This document shows, piece by piece, positions 10,692 to 20,904 of a DNA stretch of 64,000 bases (position 1 is its first letter; every line of letters starts with the position of its first letter). The DNA comes from Verrucomicrobiota bacterium (GTDB taxonomy: Bacteria; Verrucomicrobiota; Verrucomicrobiia; JAWXBN01; JAWXCD01): positions 4,774 to 68,773 of the forward strand of contig JAWXCD010000130.1 of the NCBI GenBank assembly GCA_034440535.1, read 5' to 3'. The notes beneath the pieces were generated by a model. The model was given only the letters and a program-made list of their open reading frames with translations, made no database searches and was not told the DNA's origin. A program made the translations under genes and the position numbers.

Positions 10692-11300
10692 TTAGGGAAG
10701 AAGAAAACAAATCTGAATTCCAGGGCCATGCGCACCCTCAACAAGAATGCCCTCAATATCGGCTGTTTTAGAAGGGCCCGTCACCCAAATAATGTTTGGA
10801 TCGTCGGATATCCTACTTAATGCGGTAGGAATAGTATCAATTAAGTCTCCCCTCTTGACGCATGCAATATGAATCCATGGAGCTAACGAACCGAGCCGTG
10901 ATGACGTTGTGGCATCCTCAAAAATCAAACTTCCCGTCTCCGCAATGGCACCTGTCGCCCGCGTAATACCGAAGCTGTATTCGGATTCCTTGTTTCTGTC
11001 AAAAGCCGTTTCAAATGTTAGCTCCGGGTTTAATGCAGCAAACACGTCCGTTAAAGCCGGGTCACAATAACCAAGTCGCGATTTCTGAGAGAGTAGAAAA
11101 TTCTTGAGTTCAACAAAGGTCGTAAAACTCATGCCATGAACCTTTGAAAAGTTTTCCTGAAAACTGACCCACAAATCCTGTTGAGGCGAAAAGTTTTTGG
11201 AAACGATTTTCAGTTTGTCGTATCCCGGATGTGCAGCGCGCTGGGGCAGAGGTGCCAAGGCGGCTTTAACGGAATTAAGAATCAGATCGCGACTGCTCAT
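10692..11300 (-). CDS. lutC: Lactate utilization protein C (LUD domain)
   Basis: LUD/YkgG-type domain of about 200 aa. It overlaps lutB by 4 bp in the lutA-lutB-lutC order. Confidence 0.75.
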   Translation of the reverse strand: MSSRDLILNSVKAALAPLPQRAAHPGYDKLKIVSKNFSPQQDLWVSFQENFSKVHGMSFTTFVELKNFLLSQKSRLGYCDPALTDVFAALNPELTFETAFDRNKESEYSFGITRATGAIAETGSLIFEDATTSSRLGSLAPWIHIACVKRGDLIDTIPTALSRISDDPNIIWVTGPSKTADIEGILVEGAHGPGIQICFLLP

Positions 11301-12703
11301 GGTTTTTCCTCAGATCTGCGATTTTTCTGGCGCTTTTTAATCCACGACCGAAATGAACCGCCTTTCCACTGGGGCAAGTCACGAACCGTTGTCCAGGCTT
11401 TAACCGGACCGCCGGGCACTGAACTAACGGGAAGAAAATCGAGAGCTTTCCCTGCTTGCATCGCCGTTTTCCAGACCAACGGATGCGAAGCAAGCATCGC
11501 AAAAGGTTCCATGGGAGGACTGCCATCGGTTTTGATTTTCTCGCGCTTGGCTCGGTCCCGCAGACGCAGTAAAAGGTCCGGTATAGGGATATTCACCGGA
11601 CACACCTCGTGACAGGCTCCGCACAAACTCGAAGCCTTCGGAAGATCGGCCATTTCAGGAAAATCGTCTTGCGCCAACAGAGGTGAAAGCACGGCGCCCA
11701 CAGGCCCGGGATACACGCTGCGATAAGCATGACCGGACGCTTGGCGGTAAACAGGGCACACGTTGAGACATGCTCCGCAACGAATGCAACGAAGGATTTC
11801 TCGGCACTCAGAGGCTAAAACTTTAGTCCTCCCGTTATCAATAAAGACGAGATGCATTTCCTCGGGTCCCTCGGGGCGTGTCGCAAGCTTGGCCCCTTTA
11901 ATGAACTCCGTGTACACGGTAAGCTTCTGACCAGTGGCCGACCGCGCTAACAAATTTAAGAGGATCGATAAATCCTTGTCGGTCGGAACTATTTTTTCAA
12001 TTCCAACCAATGCAATATGAATGCGCGGGGCGGCGAGGCAAAACCTTGAATTGCCTTCGTTTGTATTCAGCACTATCCGACCACTTTCAGCTGATAAAAA
12101 ATTTGCGCCAGTCAACCCTACATCAGCTTTGAAATATTTGTCCCGTAGAAATTTCCGAGCTTGGGCCACAATGACTTCAGGCGTTTCGTTATATTCTCCT
12201 ATCCCTTCACGCTGGAAGCTTTCTGCGACTTGTCGCCTATTTTTATGAATGATCGGCGTGACGATGTGACTGGGATGATCGTGATCAATTTGAACAATAA
12301 ACTCCCCAAGATCTGTTTCGAGGCTTTCCATTCCATGTTTCTCAAGGAAATGAACCAACTCAATTTCCTCGGAGACCATGGTTTTAGATTTCACCATCCG
12401 CTTACAGTTATTCTTTACCATGATATCGAGCACAGTTTGACACGCTTCCTGCGCGTCTGTTGCCCAATACACTTTCACGCCATTTTTTTGGAGTGCGGCT
12501 TCAGCTTGTGGTAGGTATGTATCAAGGTTCTCGATCACGTGTTGTTTAAGTTCCCCGGCCAAAATGCGCATGGCATCGGGATCCTCAAAATCGCGCCATA
12601 ATGCGTCTACCCGCGACATTGTTTTTAATGAACTGGCGTTGTGCACGGAGTGGCGCACTTCATCTGTCAATTTTTTGGCGAAGACATCAATTTTCTGGGC
12701 CAT
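11297..12703 (-). CDS. lutB: Lactate utilization iron-sulfur protein B (4Fe-4S ferredoxin-type + LUD domain)
   Basis: CIRCGACLNVCPVY and CGACHEVCPVNIP 4Fe-4S motifs with an LUD domain (YkgF-like). Confidence 0.85.
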   Translation of the reverse strand: MAQKIDVFAKKLTDEVRHSVHNASSLKTMSRVDALWRDFEDPDAMRILAGELKQHVIENLDTYLPQAEAALQKNGVKVYWATDAQEACQTVLDIMVKNNCKRMVKSKTMVSEEIELVHFLEKHGMESLETDLGEFIVQIDHDHPSHIVTPIIHKNRRQVAESFQREGIGEYNETPEVIVAQARKFLRDKYFKADVGLTGANFLSAESGRIVLNTNEGNSRFCLAAPRIHIALVGIEKIVPTDKDLSILLNLLARSATGQKLTVYTEFIKGAKLATRPEGPEEMHLVFIDNGRTKVLASECREILRCIRCGACLNVCPVYRQASGHAYRSVYPGPVGAVLSPLLAQDDFPEMADLPKASSLCGACHEVCPVNIPIPDLLLRLRDRAKREKIKTDGSPPMEPFAMLASHPLVWKTAMQAGKALDFLPVSSVPGGPVKAWTTVRDLPQWKGGSFRSWIKKRQKNRRSEEKP

Positions 12704-13470
12704 TACAACAATCCCCCATTTTTGAGCGAGTCCCTCAAGACTTGGGATATATGGCGTATCGGAAGTTTTATTTTGTCCTTATCGATGATACCACCGAGGT
12801 GCAAAAGACAGCCCATGTCGCCAGACACCAGAAAATCAGGATGGCTTTTTTCAATCATGTCCAATTTTTGATGACCCATCTGACTAGAGACGAAAGGAAA
12901 TGTGACAGAGAATGTTCCGCCAAATCCGCAGCATTGTTCCTCTTCCCCAAATGCAGCGACTTTAATTCCCTCTATGGATTCAAGTAAACTTTGGGAAGCT
13001 TGCCCACTTGGAGTGCCACGACTGTGACAAGACCGGTGGAAGGCAATTTTCGCATTCAACTTTCCTGGCCATTTTTTAATATTTAACGCGTTAAATATAT
13101 AATCTGAGAGTTCCCAAGATCGGTTTGCCAAAGCCTCAACTTTGTCGTAATCATTTTCCTTTTCGAATTGTAAAAGGGCTCCATGAAACATCATCGCCGC
13201 ACAAGACCCTGAGGGAATCACGACTGGTTTCTGACCTTCAAAAACTTTAACAGCATGTCTGACCACCTGACGGGAAGAAGCCCAGTCCCCGGAATTAAAC
13301 GCCGGCTGCCCACAGCACGTCTGGTTTTCAGGCCACTCAATATCGCACCCAAGATATTCGAGCACCTCGACTGTGGCTTTTGCTACGTCATCAAAAAAGG
13401 CATCGCATAGGCATGTGTGCATTAACATGACTTTTTTGTCTTTAGGAAAGGGGCGATGATCCAAATGCAT
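12703..13470 (-). CDS. lutA: Lactate utilization protein A ((Fe-S)-binding CCG-domain oxidoreductase)
   Basis: Two cysteine-rich CCG repeats (CCGQPAFNSGD ... CCGFGGTF), typical of LutA/YkgE. Confidence 0.85.
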   Translation of the reverse strand: MHLDHRPFPKDKKVMLMHTCLCDAFFDDVAKATVEVLEYLGCDIEWPENQTCCGQPAFNSGDWASSRQVVRHAVKVFEGQKPVVIPSGSCAAMMFHGALLQFEKENDYDKVEALANRSWELSDYIFNALNIKKWPGKLNAKIAFHRSCHSRGTPSGQASQSLLESIEGIKVAAFGEEEQCCGFGGTFSVTFPFVSSQMGHQKLDMIEKSHPDFLVSGDMGCLLHLGGIIDKDKIKLPIRHISQVLRDSLKNGGLL

Positions 13471-13552
13471 AGGGAAAATTAAGCGCGACTCGCATAAGCG
13501 GCAATAATAAAAAGTGATTCCACGTTCACCGGCCTTTAATCAACTCTCCGAA

Positions 13553-14470
13553 TCAACCTTGTGGAACCGCGATTTCTTCTGTTTGTTTTGGCCATGCAAA
13601 GCGGAGCACGCTCGGAAGCACCTTGAACTCGACAGGCATGGACTCAACCACTTCGCCATCGATATTAAAGGGTATGTTTTCCCGGCAAGACAACTTAATG
13701 TGTCTGGCTTTGCGAAAGATCACATTCTCATCGTTGAGGTGACTCCCCTCGCGACTTTTTCCAGCAACCTTGAGGAGTTCCAGAAAGGAGGCGTTTTTAA
13801 AAAGAATCACGTCCATGAAACCATCGTCCGGTTCGGCGGCTGGTGCCACAATGTTCCCTCCAGCGACTGAACGTCCATTGCAAATCGCGATATTTACGAG
13901 ATCGACTTCGATTTCCTCAACGTCATCTATTACGAAGTGCGGCTGGTAAACCTTCATGTCCGTCACACTCGATATGGCACTTCCGATATAGGAAAGGCCT
14001 CCAAAAAATTGTTTGGATTTGGCCCCTGTGTTTCGTGAGACTTCTCCGCTGAACCCGCCACAGGAAGCGTTTAACATAAATCGGGTTGTGCCGTCGCCTA
14101 AGAGGCATTCAACCACATCAACATTATAAAATTTCTTCTCAACCACCCCTTGGATGAACTCGCTCAACCGCGCATCGTCGTCCATTGTTCTTGAAAAATC
14201 ATTCCCAGTTCCCATCGGAACGACCCCCAAAGGTAACCTGGAAAAATCAGGCCCCAATGCTGTCAGGACGACGTTTAATGTTCCATCGCCACCCACACAC
14301 ACAAGACTTAAGGCCTTCTCATCCAACGCTTCCTGAGTAATGGCCTTCATGTCTTCAACATTCAAAGCGACTCTGACCACCGGCCGGTCTAATAACGAAA
14401 AATGAGGCAGGACCGATCCAATATCTCGAATACTCCCCGCTGCAGGGTTTATAAGTATCCAATTGCGCAT
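13553..14470 (-). CDS. Diacylglycerol-kinase-catalytic-domain lipid kinase (YegS/DagK family)
   Basis: LVCVGGDGTLNVV DAGK_cat signature and GTGNDFSR motif. Confidence 0.8.
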   Translation of the reverse strand: MRNWILINPAAGSIRDIGSVLPHFSLLDRPVVRVALNVEDMKAITQEALDEKALSLVCVGGDGTLNVVLTALGPDFSRLPLGVVPMGTGNDFSRTMDDDARLSEFIQGVVEKKFYNVDVVECLLGDGTTRFMLNASCGGFSGEVSRNTGAKSKQFFGGLSYIGSAISSVTDMKVYQPHFVIDDVEEIEVDLVNIAICNGRSVAGGNIVAPAAEPDDGFMDVILFKNASFLELLKVAGKSREGSHLNDENVIFRKARHIKLSCRENIPFNIDGEVVESMPVEFKVLPSVLRFAWPKQTEEIAVPQG

Positions 14471-14582
14471 ACAATCCTTTAGTAAACAGTTTCTTTGTCA
14501 GTTTTTAACGATTAAGAAGCATTAATAGGATTAATCCCTTTCAATCCTTGGTTTCGGGAGGTATAGATAAGTCCCACAAAGC

Positions 14583-14954
14583 ATGAAAAAAGCAACCTCC
14601 ATCATGATTGTCGATGACGAACCTGACATCATTGAAGCTTTTTCAATGATCCTCCAATCGATGGGGCATAACGTAGTGGCGACCGCCGGAAACGGGTTCG
14701 ATGCTCTTTTTCTTTATTCTAAACACAAACCTGACGTCGTTTTTCTAGATTATGATATTCCGGGTCTTGACGGTTTGATTGTGGCAGAAAAGCTTCACGC
14801 AAAAAATCCGGATACTCGGATCGTCGTACTTTCCGGGAAGATCGATATGAATGATCTGCCTCTCCAACATTCCAACCGTTTTAACATTTTTAATAAGCCA
14901 GTGACCAAAGAACAACTTGCCAACTACTTCGACGGCTTTGAATCAAGGTGCTAA
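14583..14954 (+). CDS. Stand-alone response regulator receiver protein (CheY-like)
   Basis: IMIVDDEP acidic pocket, phospho-acceptor context VVFLDYDIPGLDG, about 123 aa with no output domain. Confidence 0.8.
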   Translation: MKKATSIMIVDDEPDIIEAFSMILQSMGHNVVATAGNGFDALFLYSKHKPDVVFLDYDIPGLDGLIVAEKLHAKNPDTRIVVLSGKIDMNDLPLQHSNRFNIFNKPVTKEQLANYFDGFESRC

Positions 14955-14987
14955 TCCTCTACCCCTGAATTCGCGTAGGGCTTAAAC

Positions 14988-16148
14988 TTATTTTCTCTTG
15001 GCAGGTTGTCCTGATGCTGGGCGAATGATTAATACAAGAGCACGTTCAAGAACCAGTTTGTCATCAATGGAACTGGTTACCAAATCAGAATTCACCTCGT
15101 ACAGAATTTCCATTGATCGCACCAGTTCTTCTTTAGAATAGTTGGAAGCTTTTTCAGTGGCTAAATAAATGGCATATTGATTTCCCGCCAGCGGGTTGAA
15201 TTTTTTGTCAGAGGGGAGCTTAGCACGTACGCTCTCTGGTATGGCTTGAAAAGCAGATTTAAACGAGTGCTCCCCTCTGCCACTGGTTAGAATTTTCTGA
15301 TCCATCAGTTCTCGCACAAGAAGCAGGGTCCGCATCTTTGAAATTAACATGCTCATGAGCCCGACAGCGTTTTCCCCCTGAAAAAGAAGCTGTTCCAACA
15401 CCTTAAATGCTTCTCCGAGGTTCCTGTCCGCCACGGCATCACCTAACCCCCACACAATATGATCCCGCGTCGATGAGCTAATGGCCCGGATATCCGCTAC
15501 GGTAATTTCCTTTCGCGGACTGACGTATAAAAAGAGTTTTTCCAATTCATTCTGTAGGATTAAAAAATCTCCTCCAACCAAGTCTGCCAAACGCACTGCG
15601 GCTTGTTCATGAATTTTAAACCCGTCTTTTAAGGCGCGCTCTTGAATGAAATCAAATAAAGCTTCTTTCCCGGCCTGATTTGTAAGGTCTGGTGCTTCAA
15701 ACAAATGAACTTCCGCCACCTTATCAATGGCTTTATAGAAAGACTTTCGTTTATCGACTTCAGTGGCACTAATAATAAGCGTCACCTCTGGAGGAATGCC
15801 GGCTTTTAATCGGTCTTGGAGGTTTGCCAAGCCCTCCCTTACGATAATTGTTTTCGAAGTTTGGCTGTCCCCGAAGATGGAACAGTCTTTCAGCCAGACC
15901 ACTTTTCCTCCACCCATAAACGGTAACGTTTCGAGAGCTTCTGTCAGGTTTCTGAAAAGACCTTCGGCCTTCTCTACGCTATCCACGCCACCGTCGATTA
16001 TTTCCAATCCGAACGGGCCCAAATTCGCAGCGAGGGAGTGAGCAATTGATTTAGCTTTTTCCTTAACCAATAGTTCATTGCCCCCCGCAATAAAATAAAC
16101 GTTCTGTGACTTACTGGGGGCCGCTTTTGCCATGGTCTTACTAAACAA
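14988..16148 (-). CDS. holA: DNA polymerase III subunit delta
   Basis: Size and N-terminal YFIAGGNELLVKEKAKSI clamp-loader delta-like pattern. Family call made by eye. Confidence 0.65.
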   Translation of the reverse strand: MFSKTMAKAAPSKSQNVYFIAGGNELLVKEKAKSIAHSLAANLGPFGLEIIDGGVDSVEKAEGLFRNLTEALETLPFMGGGKVVWLKDCSIFGDSQTSKTIIVREGLANLQDRLKAGIPPEVTLIISATEVDKRKSFYKAIDKVAEVHLFEAPDLTNQAGKEALFDFIQERALKDGFKIHEQAAVRLADLVGGDFLILQNELEKLFLYVSPRKEITVADIRAISSSTRDHIVWGLGDAVADRNLGEAFKVLEQLLFQGENAVGLMSMLISKMRTLLLVRELMDQKILTSGRGEHSFKSAFQAIPESVRAKLPSDKKFNPLAGNQYAIYLATEKASNYSKEELVRSMEILYEVNSDLVTSSIDDKLVLERALVLIIRPASGQPAKRK

Positions 16149-16183
16149 GGTGTCAGGTATTACTCAAATAAAAAAGCCTTCCT

Positions 16184-16215
16184 TTTTCCGGAAGGCTTTT
16201 GTCAAACTCAGTCTA
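16184..16215 (-). terminator. Rho-independent terminator (aagccttcc / ggaaggctt stem) downstream of the peroxiredoxin gene
   Basis: 9-bp perfect stem with a 7-nt loop. The minus-strand reading is followed by TTTTTATTT. Confidence 0.55.
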
Positions 16216-16223
16216 AATCGAAA

Positions 16224-16760
16224 TCAAACCTTGATGAGGTCTTTGCCAGGTTCCCACTCACAAGGGGCTAATCCGCCGGTTTGCAGTCCTTTTAAGGTGC
16301 GCAATGTTTCTTTGACGCTGCGACCGACGTCCAATGCATTCACTGTGACGCTCTGGAGTATGCCTTCAGGATTAAAAATAAATGTGCCACGGTACGCAAT
16401 ACCTTGGTCCTCTTTCAACACGCCAAAAGAACGTGAAACTTCATGAGTCATGTCGCTATACAATGGGAACGATACTTTGCCTAGCCCACCATGCTTCACT
16501 TCAAGTTCCGACCATGCTTTGTGCGAGAAATGACTGTCTGTTGAGATCCCAAGTATCTCGCAGTTCGCCGTTTTAAATTCGCTAAAAGCCGAATTAAACC
16601 CACGAATTTCAGTCGGACATACAAACGTAAAGTCTAATGGCCAAAAGAAAACCGTCAGCCATTTTCCATGGTAACTGCTGCTGGTAACTTCGCTAAACGA
16701 CCCATCTGGCAAATAGGCCTGCCCTTTAAAATCCGGAATTTTTTGTCCAACTTTGATCAT
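16224..16760 (-). CDS. Peroxiredoxin (AhpC/Tsa 2-Cys family)
   Basis: WPLDFTFVCPTEI peroxidatic Cys motif; C-terminal GLAPCEWEPG resolving Cys. Confidence 0.9.
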   Translation of the reverse strand: MIKVGQKIPDFKGQAYLPDGSFSEVTSSSYHGKWLTVFFWPLDFTFVCPTEIRGFNSAFSEFKTANCEILGISTDSHFSHKAWSELEVKHGGLGKVSFPLYSDMTHEVSRSFGVLKEDQGIAYRGTFIFNPEGILQSVTVNALDVGRSVKETLRTLKGLQTGGLAPCEWEPGKDLIKV

Positions 16761-17089
16761 AGTTCACTACTCATTAGTTAACGTCAGGGGGAAAACAAGA
16801 AAATTTTGTCTTGTTCACAAATAAACCTCTGATCAACTGGTCTTATTAAAACTAAACATTATCACTTGCGTGGCATTAGGCCTAAAAATTTTGAGAAATG
16901 TTTATATCAACTTGAGCTTCAAAGGTTTATCTATTTAATATCCTTCTAATACACCTAATATGAGCAGGCACATTAAATTTAAGCAAATACATGTTGTGCA
17001 TATAAGGTTTTATCCTATCATCAATAAGGAATCTTAGAGCTTTAAAATTAACTTAGTAGCTGAAGATTGCCTCAATTGTCTGATTTTTA
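16761..17089 (+). promoter_or_regulatory. 330-bp AT-rich intergenic region upstream of the PEP-CTERM repeat protein gene
   Basis: Noticeably AT-rich and ORF-free. Only promoter-like character is claimed. Confidence 0.3.
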
Positions 17090-20000
17090 ATGCTGCGCCA
17101 GATACTTATCTTGATCCTAGTGTTGGGGGTTACGCCGGTTGTCGGCCAAACCCGTTGGACATTGGGAGGTAGTGGAAATTGGAGCACAGCGGGTAATTGG
17201 TCTGGCGGGGTCCCTACCGCAACAACAGATACATTCTTCACTAACGCCACCGGCAACATCGCAATTGATCTCGCAGGTGCCGCGCGTACAGCACAAAGTC
17301 TGACTTTTGGTTCAAATGCAAACTACACACTTAACAACCAGACCCTCACTTTAAGCACTTCCTCCACAGGCTTAGTTCAAAATGGTTCGGGAACGATTAC
17401 TATAAACTCTGCTGTTGCTCTTGGTGTTAATAAAGCCTTTGTAGGAAACGGGTCTGGAACGGTCACTATGAACGGAGTCGTCTCCGGGGCGAGAGTGTTA
17501 ACCAAAGCTGGAAGTTTTACACTCACACTCACCAACGCGAATACATACTCCGGCGGAACAGTTTTAAATAGTGGATACCTGATTGCCCAAGGTAACAATG
17601 CCGCGCTGGGTACTGGTGGTGTGACACTCAATGGCGGCACGAACCAAATTAATGGTCTTACCATCGGCAATAATGTGACATTCAGCGGCGGAGCACTCCA
17701 AACCATTGGCGCGGTTGCTTCGAGTCTATTTGGGATAACAACGATGACATCCAATGGTACAGTCATTACCGACACTGATCTGACCCTCGGAAACGCAAAC
17801 AACGAATTAACGGGGGCAGGACAGCTGATCAAAGAGGGCGCCGAGAAATTGATTATAAACATGGCGAACAATCTTACCGGTGGAATTCGCGTAAACACTG
17901 GAACGCTCGTGCTCAATAACAATAGAGCGGCTGGCACAGGTACTCTTACTTTTGACGGCGGAAATTTAACTTCATCTGGCACTCGATCCCTGGCAAATGC
18001 GTTGAGTGTCCTAACCAGTAGTTATTTTATCGTCACGAATGGCAATGATCTAACATTTACGAGCAGTACGATTTCGAGCACTGCGGGTCAATCGCTTACG
18101 TTTACCAACACGGGTGCGGGCACTTCGATTCTCGGATTTTCCGGGAGTGGATTTACCTATGCGGGAGACATCAATCTCGCAGGGGGCAACGCAACACAAA
18201 TGGGATTTCAAAACGCCGCTGGAATTCAAACTTTTTCGGGCGCAATTTCTGGTGCAGGAAGTCTTAACAAGACAGCGGCTGGCACAGTTATTCTGTCCGG
18301 CAATAACACCTTTTCAGGAGGCACCACCATAGCCGCTGGGGGAGACACCATTGCTTCGTCTGCAACAGCTTTTGGTTCACCCGGTAATGTCACTATCAAT
18401 AATGCTTCAACGATCAGTTTACGAGGCACGAATGTTTACATTAACAATCTTACTGCCACTGCTGCCACCACAGTGCGCATCAATGAGGCCGTGGCAGGTG
18501 GCACAACGAGTCGGGCCCTGATTGTGGCGGGAACGGTCTCTGGGGCGGGAGGAGTCATTTTGGGTGATAGCGTCAATTCAACCGCTAATCCCGTTCTCAT
18601 CCTAACCAGCACGTCCGCAACACATACCGCTGCTCTAAATTTGGATGGAAACACAGCCGGCACAAATCCCGGCGACTTGGTATTCAGCAATGCCAGCGGC
18701 ATCCAGACTTACTCGGGAGTAATTTCAAGCGGGGGACGAGTTATGAAGATGAACGACGGGACCTCCGTGCTTAACGCCGCGAATACCTATTCTGGTCAAA
18801 CAATCATTGGCTTAGGTGTTTTAAATATTCGTAATAACACCTCCCTTGGATCCGGAGCCAACTCCATAGCCACTGGCACAACTGTCAGCAACGGTGGCGC
18901 ACTTGAAATTCAAGGGGGTATTACCGTTGCCAACGAACTTCTAACGCTCAATGGAACTGGCCCCGCAGCGAATGGAGCTTTAAGGAATATCAGTGGGAAT
19001 AACACTTGGAGTGGAGATATAAATCTACTGAGCGCCTCGTCGGTCATCTCAGATTTGAACCAGCTTACGATCGGAGAAAACACTACTTATCTCGACACCC
19101 TATCTAACAACACGTTCGCCATTACTTTAGGGGGTGCGGGCGATATCTTCTTAAATGCATCACTTTCCGGATCAGGTGACGTCACAAAAACGGGGACTGG
19201 AACACTCACTCTTTACGCAAATACCAATTATAACACCGGCACATTTCGTGCAAATGACGGACTTACCGTCCTAGACACTTTACAAAATTTAAATGGTGCA
19301 ATTAAGGGTGATATTGTCATCGGCGACGGAATTGGCGCTGCTTCATCGGCACAAATTCGGTGGGGATCTGCAGCCGGCCCTGCAGCCAATGAGATGGTAA
19401 TCAACACGTCCGCTGTTACGGTTAACTCTGACGGTTGGCTGAATTTAAATAGTCAGGTTGAGACGATAGGCAGCCTTACTATGGCGGGAGGTTTAGTCAC
19501 GATGAACAATGGTGCTGCGCTGGGGACCTTAACAGTAAACGGTAACATCACGGGAAATGCTTCGGCCACAACCTCTATCATTAGTAATGGAACATTAAAC
19601 CTCGGCTCAGCCGTGCGCACTTTTTCAATCGCAGATGGTGCTGCCGCTGTGGATATGACTATTAACTCTGTCATTTCCAATGGTGGCCTTACAAAAACTA
19701 ACGCGGGCACGCTGCTACTGGGAGGAGCCACTGCCAATACCTACGCTAGCGGTACGATCGTAAGCGGTGGAACGTTGCAATTAGGAAAAACAGCGGGTGT
19801 CAACGCCATCGCAGGAAATCTTGCAGTGAGTAATGCAACCGTCGAATTGATCAATGCTAACCAGATTGCCAATACCTCAGCTGTCGCACTTTTTAACTCC
19901 ACTTTCGATGTCAACGGGGTCAATGAAACGGTCAGTTCTTTCACCTTAAGCGGTTCCACTAACTATTTCGATTTTGGCACAGGAGCTTCCCAATTCAATG

Positions 20001-20302
20001 CGGGCGCTGCTAGTTTGGGTTCGGGCATTTTTAATATTTATAATTGGTCCGGAAGCGCCACCCAGACAGGCGGCACGGATCAATTCCGCATGACTGTAAA
20101 CGCTGGCGCATTTACTAATCAGATTTTCTTCTATTCAGATAATGGCATTACTCTCGCCGGGAATGGTCAGGTTGTTTCCGCAAGCTTAGGTGGTGGTTTT
20201 TTTGAACTTATCCCGATTCCTGAACCAACTCCCACGCCCTTCATCATTGGCTTGGCGTTCGTACTTTTATTTTTAAGAAAATTCAGAAGACCTAACTTAT
20301 AA
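17090..20302 (+). CDS. Autotransporter-associated beta-strand-repeat surface protein with C-terminal PEP-CTERM sorting signal
   Basis: Signal peptide MLRQILILILVLGVTPVVG. Dozens of G/T/N-rich repeats of the type GxGTLTLxxANTYSGGTxxxxGxL. C-terminus is FELIPIPEPTPTPFIIGLAFVLLFLRKFRRPNL: a PEP motif, TM helix and Arg cluster. Confidence 0.85.
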   Translation: MLRQILILILVLGVTPVVGQTRWTLGGSGNWSTAGNWSGGVPTATTDTFFTNATGNIAIDLAGAARTAQSLTFGSNANYTLNNQTLTLSTSSTGLVQNGSGTITINSAVALGVNKAFVGNGSGTVTMNGVVSGARVLTKAGSFTLTLTNANTYSGGTVLNSGYLIAQGNNAALGTGGVTLNGGTNQINGLTIGNNVTFSGGALQTIGAVASSLFGITTMTSNGTVITDTDLTLGNANNELTGAGQLIKEGAEKLIINMANNLTGGIRVNTGTLVLNNNRAAGTGTLTFDGGNLTSSGTRSLANALSVLTSSYFIVTNGNDLTFTSSTISSTAGQSLTFTNTGAGTSILGFSGSGFTYAGDINLAGGNATQMGFQNAAGIQTFSGAISGAGSLNKTAAGTVILSGNNTFSGGTTIAAGGDTIASSATAFGSPGNVTINNASTISLRGTNVYINNLTATAATTVRINEAVAGGTTSRALIVAGTVSGAGGVILGDSVNSTANPVLILTSTSATHTAALNLDGNTAGTNPGDLVFSNASGIQTYSGVISSGGRVMKMNDGTSVLNAANTYSGQTIIGLGVLNIRNNTSLGSGANSIATGTTVSNGGALEIQGGITVANELLTLNGTGPAANGALRNISGNNTWSGDINLLSASSVISDLNQLTIGENTTYLDTLSNNTFAITLGGAGDIFLNASLSGSGDVTKTGTGTLTLYANTNYNTGTFRANDGLTVLDTLQNLNGAIKGDIVIGDGIGAASSAQIRWGSAAGPAANEMVINTSAVTVNSDGWLNLNSQVETIGSLTMAGGLVTMNNGAALGTLTVNGNITGNASATTSIISNGTLNLGSAVRTFSIADGAAAVDMTINSVISNGGLTKTNAGTLLLGGATANTYASGTIVSGGTLQLGKTAGVNAIAGNLAVSNATVELINANQIANTSAVALFNSTFDVNGVNETVSSFTLSGSTNYFDFGTGASQFNAGAASLGSGIFNIYNWSGSATQTGGTDQFRMTVNAGAFTNQIFFYSDNGITLAGNGQVVSASLGGGFFELIPIPEPTPTPFIIGLAFVLLFLRKFRRPNL

Positions 20303-20843
20303 TTCCCCTGATGGTGCGGCTAATCCGGGAAAACTCGGTGTCTTCTAGGACAGGCTTGGCGCCTAATGTCGACAGTTTGGGTAATTTGACCCATGACTGG
20401 CATCCGGCGTACTCTGGTTTGTCTTCTATAATATGGGGTTCAGGTATTTCATAAACCCGAAGGATCAGAACCCAGAGTCCTTTATTTTTCGTAAATTCAA
20501 ACCTGGTCCGCAATGCTTGATGATTCCATACATGGTACTCATCCAATTGTTTTATTGTTTCCCATTGCGATATATATTGCGGCTCCATGGCAATTTCAGC
20601 ATAGCCACTGACGGATATGGAGCCCGTTTTTGGGCCTGTGCCCCCTGTTGGATGCTTGATGAGATCGGCTTTTTCGTGAAATCGAGTAGGAAACAACCAG
20701 AAAGATTTCGCCTCAATTTTAAAACCGGGTCGCACATCCGCGAGACCCCCTTTCCTGAATATAAGTATTTGATTGCCAGTTACTAAGGCGTCTATGATAG
20801 CCACCCACTCCTTAATACCTGCTTCTAGATTTATCGTTTGCAT
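20292..20843 (-). CDS. Conserved hypothetical protein (DUF1802-like)
   Basis: 183-aa ORF with no catalytic motifs recognised. It overlaps the 3' end of the PEP-CTERM gene convergently by 11 bp. Confidence 0.5.
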   Translation of the reverse strand: MQTINLEAGIKEWVAIIDALVTGNQILIFRKGGLADVRPGFKIEAKSFWLFPTRFHEKADLIKHPTGGTGPKTGSISVSGYAEIAMEPQYISQWETIKQLDEYHVWNHQALRTRFEFTKNKGLWVLILRVYEIPEPHIIEDKPEYAGCQSWVKLPKLSTLGAKPVLEDTEFSRISRTIRGIIS

Positions 20844-20904
20844 CTGGTTTGTTCCTCTCTAAGGTATACGCGACATTCTTAATTTATATAAAGGAAAGCC
20901 AAAA

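Noticed and set aside
11181-12514. Plus-strand ORFs within lutB/lutC (11181..11612, 12161..12514)
   Set aside because: Antisense to the well-supported lutB and lutC frames.
17377-19959. Antisense ORFs inside the PEP-CTERM repeat gene (17377..17982, 19453..19737 and others)
   Set aside because: These are Pro/Val/Thr-rich shadows of a highly repetitive G/T/N-rich coding strand.
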